Assembly (NCBI GenBank): GCA_040954595.2
Contig: CM082582.2
Location: 7,628,063 to 7,692,062, forward strand
Length of the DNA: 64,000 bases
Source of the DNA: Balanoglossus misakiensis
Lineage: Eukaryota; Animalia; Hemichordata
Direction of reading: 5' to 3'
Shown: piece by piece, positions 12,201-24,200 of the stretch
Numbering within the stretch: the stretch's first letter is position 1
Layout: every line of letters starts with the position of its first letter
The notes under the pieces: model-generated
Databases searched by the model: none
What the model was told of the DNA's origin: nothing
What the model saw: the letters and a program-made list of their open reading frames with translations, nothing else
Position numbers and translations under genes: made by a program

Positions 12201-15200
12201 ATTGGCTTCGTGATATTTTGGTTGACATTTTTGAAAATGATATAGTGCAACAACAAACGAGGTTGCGTGGTTTTCTATTTCACGTTAATGTCTCTTTGAT
12301 CAATGGAGACGAAGACAAACATCCCTGTGCTCGTTCAAAGCCTGCTGACATTCTACATGGAAAGTGTATTCTCACCCTGGCAACAGAGGAAATAGCCATG
12401 AATAACAATGGCTCAGTGATGTAGGATTTCTCGTTTCTTGACACTTACATGTAGATCAGATGGATCTTTTTACAGTTCATGGACAAGTAACTATAAGGTT
12501 GTTAACCCCCATGAAGCCCAATAAAAAAGAACCTATTAGAATTTTGTTTTCAATAGTTGGTCAAACTTCTTGAATATTACAATGGAGTCCCCCCTCCCAT
12601 AATCCTTTAAATTTCCCACAATTCTACTCCCTGTACTTACAATGTTTATGAGTGCCATTACATATATAATGACCAGTGTAATGCATGTAAAAAGTCTTCG
12701 TAGCCAGCGTTTTCGTAACACCAAACTGACAGAATCGATCAACCATGATGGAGTTTGTTTACAATAACACTAAAACAAATGGAAAAGAAAATCCTTCAAT
12801 GGTAAATGTCGACATGAAAAATGAAATTGCATCAATGGTGCAGGATCACACGAAGTATCGGTTGATGAGCTATTAAACTTAGAAAATGAAATGACAACAA
12901 CCCATGTACATGCAAGTTTTAAGCCTGTTTGTCAAAAGTGAGTGTGTGTGTGTGTATGTGTATGTATATGTGTAGTATGAACTTGAGGCATAAGTAATCC
13001 ATCTGTAAACTTGTACATATACAAGAGCAGCAAAGGTCTCTAAACTTGTTGAGAGTACAACCAACAGTTGGTGGTATACTTCTGAAAAGGGTTGTTTTTA
13101 AGAAAACTGAATTGAAATCGACTTTGACAATTATATCGTCCAAGCTAAAACCTGGTAAGCACAATAGTCACAACGCGTTAAGTACTCTCAAAAAGACCAT
13201 AATATGATGTCTGAAACATTCATTTGCTGTGCGTATATGCAGTTTACAGAATGATTTATACTTAAAGTAGTACGAGTACATATACAAGCGCGGCAAAGGT
13301 ATTTGACATATTTTGGTCTTGTTGAGAGTTCAATCGTATTGTGACTATTATACTGCCACTAACAGTTGGTGGTTACACTTCTGAAAAGGGTTGTTTCCAA
13401 GAATTCTGCATTGAAAGCAACTTTGACAATTATAATCCACGCTCAAAGCTGGTACGCAAATGACAAGCATCTTCTTGACAGCCCCTTTAGCTCTTTCCAG
13501 AAGAAATTCTTCTGTTCTTTTTTTTTTTTTTTTTTTTTTTGCATACTGAAACATCATGAGGGTTGCCTGTTCAAGAGTGTTCAAAACCCGGTTGCCATGG
13601 CAAAACTTCATTCTGAGAGATCTAAAAGCACTGTTGGACAATGAGAAATTTTTCAGAAAGTTAAATATACTCACGAAAATGTGCTTTGCAATTGCTATAA
13701 ACAAGATGAAGAGGAGAATGATGGAACACACAAGCCAACTGAGAATCAGTGTCATTGTCTTCGGTAAAATAATCAGCTGCACCACTCCGATACATAGAAA
13801 GATAAAAAACGCACACCCCAGATACGACTTGAAGAAAGAATCCTTCATTTTCCCATACTGAAACAGAAAATAATGTACACATTGTCACTTGTGTTCATGG
13901 TTAATGATATTTTACCATTGTTTCATCGGCAGAAAATCCATTTTGTAAAATAAACATCTTAAACAAGTACATTTTTTTGATTGTTTTTGATGTATGATAG
14001 AAATTTATGTCTATACTGTATTTCACGGTATTAAATCAGTATTTTTCTTATCATTCATACATGTACACATATCATTTACCTGTTTTTCTCTGTTTTTGTC
14101 TAAAAATAACAAGGTCCCTCTCATGATGTCTTCTGATTTCAACCACTGCCTGAAAAGATGAAAGAACAGGATGCCTTTTGTCAAGCATGTGTTTCCTCAT
14201 CAGGGCCGTTAATTAACCAATTTGTAACATGAATGTAAAGATGGATATGATTCATGAAAGGCTGCGTGCAGAATTGCCGCAGGATGTGAAAAGGAAAAAT
14301 TACCTCTGGACACACTGAGAACTAGCTAAAAAGTGGCTTAACTATGGAGGAGGATGGTTTGTTGCATCATTAAATCTGAGAATGCACTGCTTTGCTCGCG
14401 TCAATGGACAATAGAGTACAATATGGTTGATAGTGTGGTTACATGACTGTTCTGAAGAATTCATTCTGAATTCTCCAGTTCAAGACACGACTGATGATCG
14501 CAAGGCCCATGGGAGTATTCAAAGCAGTGACCTACTTTTCAGCAGCTTTGCCCTCGATGGCTTGTAGCAGTCTCTCATTAATTTGACGTTCCATGACTTG
14601 GTTTCTGTAGGCAACTCTGAAATGACAATTAACATGTTCATGGTTAAAAAGAAATTACTCAATCTGACACTGGTGTATCCTTTCACCGACTCCACTTCAT
14701 CTGTGTTGTATATTTGCTAGGAATCCAGGGAAGCAAATTGCAAACTTGGTTTTTATTAGACTTTGATCAGTCATGTCTGCATGGTGGTTCTGCACATGAA
14801 AAATCATAACAAAATGGCCACCAGCCATCCATACTGGATCATATTGCAAAACAAATTCATGTACCAGTCCCCACCACCTCATACTTTGTCCATTGGGACT
14901 AAAACAATGTTGAAACATATGAAAAGTTACAGCTTAAAGTCGCGATGAAGAAGTATTGCTATGCTACAGAGAGACAGAGAGCTGTGAGACAAATAGTTGA
15001 AAGTTGGAAGCTCAGAATGAGCAGATAATGCAAAAAGATAGAACGTTAGCTGGTCTTCATTCTAGATTAAATGAACGGTTGAAAATTTATGTCATAATTT
15101 GTCTTGTAGAAAAAATGACAAAAGCTACAAATTGATATCTATGTGTCAAGATTTATGAAAGATGATTTGAAAAGAGTTAAAATTTACCATAAAGAGATAA

Positions 15201-18200
15201 TTTAGAGTGAGATGATCAGTTTGATAAGAAAAGTAGTTCAGAAGATGGAATTATTACAGATCTATGATTAGCATTATTTCAGGAAAGTATGACCGTCCTT
15301 AACTGCTAGTTTTCCCCTGTGGAAGTTTACAGAGCATTGACACCATTAATGATGAATATTACAGGTTTTGATGTTACGTTTATTGTAGACCATAGACGTG
15401 TGTATACTCACGGAATTTCTGTGTGAGCGCTAGAAGTCAACAACGTCACATTGATATAAAAAGAATTAAAACAAACAAAACTGTTTGAAATCAAACACAA
15501 AGAAATAAAACCTAGTTTCATGTTGTTGATAATAAAAAAACACATTGATGAACAGAAACTATTCTTGTATGACTATAAAGGGTAGAACCCCATTAATAGG
15601 AAACAGGATAGATCGACTTAACAGCTTCGTCAGAACTCAACAGAATTCTGTTTGAGAATCACACTCCTTTGGGGCACGAGTGCTAAGTTGTCCGGCTTCT
15701 TGCAGGGTGTGACACTGCACCTGGGTAATCGTTTGAAATTGAATACTCAATTCGCCATCTCAAATGCCAACAAAACATACCAGGTAGAGTTAACTCACGT
15801 GGGCATTTAGAAGATAAAATGCTGACGATGTTGACCGTCAGTCATACACTAAAATGGATGAGTTGCTAGGAGAGAGGGTCTTCACAATTTCATATTGTAG
15901 AAGCCCATGTTAAAAGTCTTTGATTCGAATCAAATCCAATGAAAATAGATACATGTATCAATTGGCACATGGCGATAGCCATCCTGATAGAGCATTCATC
16001 AAACCCATCTACCTTATAGCTCGATCAGGCTCACATTCATTAAGGAAATGCTAAATAATGGTCACTAAGATTACTTTTAGACAAGTTTGGTTTGTCTCAT
16101 GGCAACACTTGGCATCTAAGGAAGTGAATTAAACACGTCTTTATGAAAAATATGTTCAATCATCAAATCCTCTCTTCAAAAATTGTTCAACATTTCCACA
16201 TGATCATGTTAGGGTTTCTTTGTGATACATACCCCACATAGGGCAAGGGAAATTGTCACGAGAACAGAAGTCTTAGAGCTGACACAGTTATAGGAAATTA
16301 AAGTTGTCTGGGTACTAGCATACAGATTTACCGGTAATTTTCAAATGGATATACCGTATAAGTTTATCTGCCACAACGCTTCATTTTGAACAGATCACAC
16401 ATATCTCACGTGATCGCAAGATGTTCACATACCCCGTGAATCATCAATTTAGGCACAGTACCGCATGAACAAACAGAATTTTGCCTGAAGTGCAGATTGT
16501 ATCATATGGGCTGCAAAACATGTTTGCGCAGTGTGTTTATGACAACGTACAGGCACAAAAGATAATGGGACAATTGTTAAAGTCAGAAGTCGATGAAGGT
16601 TGGAGTTTAATTGTTTCCTGAAGTTGAATGAGTATGATCCATTGACAATATGAACCACGTAACATATGACAGCTTGGATGACGTACCGGTACTGTACAGG
16701 AAACTGGCTGGTAATTGGCAAAAAACGGGCTACAATAGGACATCAAACCACAAGATCTTGAATATGCACTAATTAACCTCCATATTCATCTATCTGACAG
16801 TCATTTTCAAAAGAGTCCAATTACCTGCTAACAATTTGAACAAAATCTTTCAAGAATGTTTTGATACAACTCATGCAGACAATTTTGAAAGAACTCGGTA
16901 AATAATACTCACTTGGCTTGGTGATCGACGTTGGTCATTGCCAGCATGTTGACTTGCATTGCATATAAACCCTGTAATATGGAACAATCAGAACCTTGTG
17001 ACATGTGGACTCTCTTTTCAATTATTATACACTTCTTGTTCTAATCCCTTTTATTCATTTTCCTCGACACAGCTTGTATATAACTACCTATGTCATGTCA
17101 CTTTAAAAGCCCTGCATCAACGCCCTTAAATTTCCCCCCCATTTTGTAGATTGACCAGACAGTGCAGAAAATCTTTGCCAATATGGCGCGTTTAATCCAC
17201 CTGTACCTGTCTGTGATTAAAATGATTAAAACGTTTTACCAAGATGTATCATGGGAAGAGATTGATTTAAAATGCTAGTCTACACTGAAATTCTATTGAA
17301 TTGTTTAACAATCTTGACAATTTTCCCAGATACAATTTAGAAATGGCTACTGACATGTGCTCCATCTAGCATTGATAAAGAATCTCCAATTGTCTGTTCA
17401 CCGATAATGAGTTCATTCAAAATGCTTGAGGAGTCAAGCTCAGCTGCACTTGGAATTTTCACCACAAAGTCGTTTAGCAATCATTATTCTTTAATTGGAT
17501 TGGACTGCCCAACAGCAAAATGTGCAATTTGTGTTCAAAGGGGAAACAACCTTTACACCTCAATGACCCATCATCCCTTCTGGCTGATTGCAATTGAATT
17601 AGGACAACAAAAGACCGTTTTTAATTGCATTTGAGGTAGCACGCACCTGTGAGACAGATTGTTTGAAAAAATGAAAGTCCTCCAAACTTTTCAAATCTAA
17701 CGTACCGAAGAATTTATAATTTTGAAGAACTATCATTTTTCTGAAAATCTCTCACCCAAGTCGAGTACTACCTTAACCCATTCCCCACCATGGTTCGGTC
17801 CAAACCCATTGTTTTCTACGGTAAGGTTGGACCTCTAAAGAGGGAACTGGGGGTGAAAGGGTTAAATGCTCTCTCTTCAACTTACCGAGCCAAGTCCCCG
17901 GCTCGCAATGCCAACGTCTGTGAGATTAGCGAAAGGTTTGTCTGCTCCCCAGGTTTCTAGGTATCGGGCGACTCGTCGAGCTGTTGATTTTCGCCGCTTG
18001 ATTCCAGATGTTCTTGTGCCACCAGGTGATGGCGAAGAGTTTGTTGGTGACTAGGAGGAGAAGTGAGAGAAAAAGTCAATAAGTTGAACAAGACAAGTAG
18101 TAGATAAAGGGATAAACTGTCTGCGACTTTATTATGGCCATTTTTCCCATTTTAGAAATTGCTTGTATTTTTACATGTAACTCTTTTTGTAATTGATTTT

Positions 18201-21200
18201 AGGTGTTCATATTGTGTTTGTTAATTTTTGTTGCCTTATGCCGAAGGCGAATCTCCAATAACATTGGACGATAAAGGATCCTATCTTATCTTTAATCTTA
18301 ACAACAATTTTGATTAGGCACACATGGGCAGTGTTGAGAGAAGATGAACACTTATATGCATTCAACAAAACACATGAGTTCTGAAGTCTACATTGATCGA
18401 TTAATACCCAGCACTGTTTTGTCATTTGCGAATCTCCAATAACATTGGACGATAAAGGATCCTATCTTATCTTTAATCTTAACAACAATTTTGATTGGGC
18501 ACGCATGGGCAGTACGTGTTGAGAAGATGAACACTTACATGCATTAAACAAAACACATGAGTTCTGAAGTCTACATTGATCGATTAATACCCAGCACTGT
18601 TTTGTCATTTGCGAATCAATGCATCCGGCCACTGGCCCAGTCGATGCTAACAGCTTGCGAGATGAACGGATCCGTGGCAGTAACATTGTGTGTGGAACAC
18701 AAGTGTGAGGAGTCGGTTGCACACGCTAATTTGTGCGATTGTGGGCAACAGTGGGTCAAACAGAGCTTGAGAGACTGAACACGCTCGCTTGAATTCTCAG
18801 TCAAAAGGGAGCAATTGCTTTCTTTGCTCAAACTTGAGTTTCCGGTAAAATTGGCACGATTCACTTCAGTAACATAACGGTGATTGTACCACTTACACAC
18901 ACCCAAGCTTAATAAATAACTGCGACTGCAATACAATTTTTTTTAATGATCGGTTTTTCACTCTCACTGGGCATTGTCGCCCATGAATGATTGAATGATC
19001 AACGTGTAATGCCGCTCGACGTGAAATGGAGTTAGTGAGTTGACTAATCTGTCATTGGGAGACATGGCCACATGGCTTGTATAATTCAGCCAAGTGTGTG
19101 TAGACAGACCAATTAGGGGCTTAGCTTCTATAGAAAAAAGTCTGATTCACTTATGATTGAATTCCAGAATACACATTCAAGTTCACCTTTGGAGTAGTTG
19201 GCTACCGGGTTTTTTCATCAACTTAATGGGATGTGACTGAATAAAATATAACTTTTCTGTTTTCGTACTCCAGGCATACCTTCTCTCATCACTCGAAGAT
19301 CTCAAAAGTTGCAAAAAAATTCAATGTTGTACACATGCATGTTATTTCAGACATACATGTATTTTATATTAATATAGAATGAAGTCAGAATTAGTCTGTT
19401 AATACTCTAATGGGAAACCTTCCGATGCACATGAATATATTTTTCAGTATTCTTCCATATCAAATGACGTCAGACGCGCTCAGGCGCAGTTACGTTGGCA
19501 TTTAAACTTCCAGATGACGGGCAAATTAAGCAACGTGGTGCAGACAAAGACTGCGCAGATGAAACACAATTAAATTAACTATTAAATCACTGAAGCAAAT
19601 GGCATTAGGAAATATAATGAAAGTTCCTCCATTCTCACCAGGAACTGTGGTGCAACCGTTACATACATGTAAGACATGGCATGACTGGTTAATTTAATTT
19701 TTCTCAATGACCAAAGTATCTGTTCAAAAATAATGATGTTGGGTAGAGATGAATTTTATTAAATTGGATGAAAAAAAATCTTTACAAGCTCACGAGGATG
19801 TGACATTTAGAAAATGTATGAAAAGGAGATGAAAAACTTATTCCCACAGGGGCTCACCTGTTGTGGTGGTATCACCAGATATGTGTCTATATTTAATTCT
19901 TTGATGAAATCATCCCTCTTCCCCCCGTGGCCATCCTCCACTTCGTATTTGTCGCCAAGCTCATCCAAGGTTGCCGCGGTAATGTGAACACGCCTGACAG
20001 GAAAAAAACATCATCAGAAATTAGTAAGCCCATGATGTATTTGGGGCAGGCTGACACTGACAAAGAAATTTCTGGCAGTATTTTTTTATCACTCAGAAAT
20101 ATTTGAAGTTTCGGGGTCAATCTTTTGCAAGTAATTATATAGTTTGACAAGATTCAGAACACCACCTTCAAGCGCTCATACTATTGACATCAGAGTATCA
20201 ATTATTTTATTTTGATACTTCATTGTGATGATTCCATCAATTGCATCATAACCTGAAACTTTATAAAGCACCAAGGAGACTTGTTTTCATGGAAATTGAA
20301 ATCCACATGAAATCCAAGCCTTTAATTATTGTTGAAAAAATCATGTCTTTCAATGCAGGGCTTTGATCTAGAGTGAAAATCAAAATAGTCTAGTTCTGCC
20401 CACTTGGTGGCAGCATATCCTTCACAGCTCCAGTAGGCGCTTTTGCTACAGAGCTCTGGGATTTGCTGACACTGGAGGGCAGTATCCACAGCCAATATTT
20501 TGCAAAAGTGAAATGGATAAAACAGAAATAGGATCGTGAAAACTATTTTTACAGGATCAAGGATAAAGATTAACAAATTGCAATATAAAATAGCAACTAA
20601 TAAATCTTCCATTTTTAAAACAATGACCAAATTTACAATATTAAAGACTCTTACCCTGGGACGCCGCCTTGTTCCATGTGATTGGCTAGAGTGACATCAT
20701 GTGACCACACATCGTACTGCCATTTTCTCAGTCCCAGAACACCGCACAGAACGTTGCCAGTATGCACACCGACACGCATGTTGACATCAACTCCAGTGGC
20801 CTCCCGAACAGTCCTGAAACATTGGCCCAATTAATGAAAGTGATGTTTCAACTCTTCAAATGAATTCTGCTTATTTTTTTAATTGTAACCCATTCACAAG
20901 AAAGCGAGGGTTCCACCCTGCCTTTTACACACAGCCTGAAATACAAAACTGCCAAAGTTTTACTATAACTTCAACTTTCATTAAATGAAAATCGAACTCT
21001 ATGGCACAGCTGGCCCTCTGGAGTCACAAAATCTCTGGATCCATCTGGAGCCCTGCTGCTACTCAGCTGCTCCGTTAGTACGTCACATCAACTTACCTGA
21101 TAGCATCACACATTGCCAGGCCCATCTCAATACAATTGACTGCATGGGTGGGTCTGGAGACGGGCAGACCCGACACGCAGTAGTAGCAGTCACCAAGAAT

Positions 21201-24200
21201 CTTGATCCTCATGCAGTTGTTTTCCTGTGAAGACACAAAATAAAACAGGAAGAGAAATCATTCTTTATCTCTGGCACTAGCAACATTCCTTTCAGTAAGA
21301 AAAGATAAAGGGATGATAAAATGGTTCAAATGTTCCCCATTACCGTATGAGGGAATATGCAATCAGACTTGATTGTACGATCTATTCTGGAATTACTGTC
21401 CAATTTGCCCAAGAACATAAGGATTTATATGTTTACTGTAGATCAATGGCAGAGCATAAAACGTCAATTTATGTGTCTGACTTTTGAGTTCTCGTTTGAC
21501 AAAAGTGGCACATAAATCAGAATTTCGTAATGGACAGGCTAACCTGCATCGCAAACTCACAAACGCAAATTTGAGTCCTTTGTATGAGATTGCATGCATC
21601 AACATTTCATGGCGGACACATCTGAGAGACAACGTTATTATATTAAAAGGTAGCAGTAATTTGAATGTTTTATATACAATGCATCTAGAATATAGCAGTC
21701 GTCCACATTTATTTATGTAAACTTTACATAATTTGCTTTTAAAGATGAGGTTATAGGCACAATTTGTTGCATCTGTATTGCGATAACAGTACAAATACCC
21801 AAATGCCCGGTCATTCACCTCAGCTAGTTTGTCAAATCTTCCAAACAATTCATTCAAAGTCTTCACCAACTCTGGGGCAGAGCATTCACTGGCCAGCGCA
21901 GTAAAACCCACAATATCTGCGTAAAGAATGCTGTAAAGAAACATAAATTGTAATTTGTAAATTCTGTACGTTCGATAAAGCCATTGATAGGTGGGGAAAT
22001 CACAGATAAATTAGCTTCTTGTTTTGCTTTAATTGCTTAGTATCTATACTCCCCGCCTCATTTAAGAATGTTTATACCACATTTAACGCCCTCTATCACA
22101 TTATCTAGGAAATTTTTTGTTTTTCAAACACTTCAGCTTAAAATTCCAAAGTTCAGATGACACGAGAAACACAGGGTTTTGTATGGCCCTAAAATAAGCA
22201 GGTAGAACTAGAAATTGCGTCAACACCCACCTGACATTCATGTGCCTTTTGACGTAGAGATTATGAAAGTGAGTTGTGCTGATGCTGTTGCGATGTATTC
22301 CGCGATACTGCTGTGGATCATCCCGGATTCTCTGGATCATCTCGTTTCTCATTTCCACAGCTAAATGAGCCGGCAACACTGATAGCAATAACTTCTCCTA
22401 CAAAAGAACAAAGATATAGAAATAGCCCAGGGTTATAACACAGGAGACGGTTGCTATGGCTGCAAAGCTGGCACAAAGGCACATGCGCTGGGCTTTCATT
22501 TTGGTGATTTTCTGGGGATGGGTAACGGAGTCAGTGTTGACGAGTTGCTAAAATTACCAATGCATGATAAGTTGTGTTTGTTCAAGGAGAAAGTCTTGTT
22601 ATCATCATGCAAGGATGACGTAGTGAATGAAGAAAACTTCTTTCAACAGATGATGGAGAGTAACGATCACTAGACCAATAAATATCAGCTCCTTACTGTT
22701 TGTTCCGAAGCACACACTTGAACGAAAAGCAAACATTTACCTTCTAGTATTTATGAACTCTGCGTGGAGAGTATAAAACAGACTGACGAAAGAGAGAAAA
22801 TGCATTTGGGATGGTGTGCAAACATTTGCAGAGTTTCATTTCGGGATAATCCAATGAGACAGCTTGGTTTGATAAATGACCAGTTTCATCACAATAAATT
22901 TGACAATTTTTTTTATTATCATGCTGTAAAATTGCCAGCAACAAAAACTTCCAACTTGTAGAGGTTGGGGTCATTCTAAAGAGACCTGTTGCTGTGTATT
23001 CAGTACATTTGAATCAGTGTAATACTGATTTTAATTCTTTCTGTTGAAAAACCTTCTGACCCACCTCGTGCGGACTACAATGTCTCTTTAAGGCCCAGAG
23101 AATTAAAAACCGGGAAGTGCACTCGATCATTTGTTCATGTACTCAAACACTGAGAATGCCAAAGATATTGGATGACGCAAGCTTTTCAAACAACATAACA
23201 CTGATGCAAATATTGGCTCAACGCAAATCGTTTTATTGATTTGACTCCTGAATTAGACTCCACGATAATGGAGGTGATGACATCAGAAATGGATTACCTG
23301 CAATCTATTCTTTGCAGAAAATATTGAATTTTTACTATAAATACACCCTTTAACTCTGCATAAACCTGATTCTTTCTGTGCTGAAGATTTATTCATCGAT
23401 TCACAATAAATTTTGCCTCAAAGAACAAAAGTATCGAAACTGATGCCAATATATCAGTTACATATGACCTGTACAGTCACAGAAAAAGCCTATTTTAAAG
23501 TTTCAAATCTACAATATTTTGAAAATTCTGAACAACATTGTTTCAATGCTGATTTCTTACTTCCACAATTGCAAAATGTGAAGAATGAAAGCAGCTAGTT
23601 AATTTATTTCACTAGATTTATCTGGCTTGGGCATAATTTTAAATTTTGCAGTGCTTTCACTGATTTAAGAAAAAGTCTGCATGACAGATTTCAACTCCGG
23701 TTTCTTTCAAAATGGTAGAACATGTCTGCATACTGAGTCATCTTTAACAAGACCCAGCAACAGCTAACTTCATAAAGAGTGTCGCAATGGCTCTCTTGAA
23801 AATTTGCCAACAATACAACATTCCCTAGCAACCCCCTGTACAAGAGAGCAAAGAGATGATTGGGCTCTCAGACTCATTTGCTTCTACTTTTTCTGTTGCC
23901 AGGACGACAGGACGTAGGCCTGCATTTCTCAGCTACTGTACATGTACAGTATATTGATCAAGATTGATTTGGCTGTTTTCGAGTCTTCTTACGTACGCAA
24001 TGGGTTGTTTTATGTCTACTTATTTCATAATTTTCCGCTCCTGGCTATGTTGCGTATTATGATGATTCAAGAGTTCAGCCTTTCTGTTATGAAGTGGACT
24101 CAGGCATAAATAACTAAGACAAAACGGCTCAAATCTCGCTCAAAAATTTCACGAGTAAACGGGCAAAAGAGTGCATGCTGAGACGAACACACCCACTTAT

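Noticed and set aside
15799-15865. Exon-like segment with a GTGAGT donor in intron 10
   Set aside because: Stop codons in all frames with either acceptor. At most a poison exon, with no support.
19187-19236. Exon-like segment (ttcag...AG|GTGAAC) in intron 8
   Set aside because: 50 nt; it would break the phase-0 join between exons 8 and 9.
19465-19472. Perfect CRE palindrome TGACGTCA inside the AC gene (possible cAMP feedback)
   Set aside because: One 8-mer in 64 kb is about chance expectation, and it lies in what looks like a repeat terminus.
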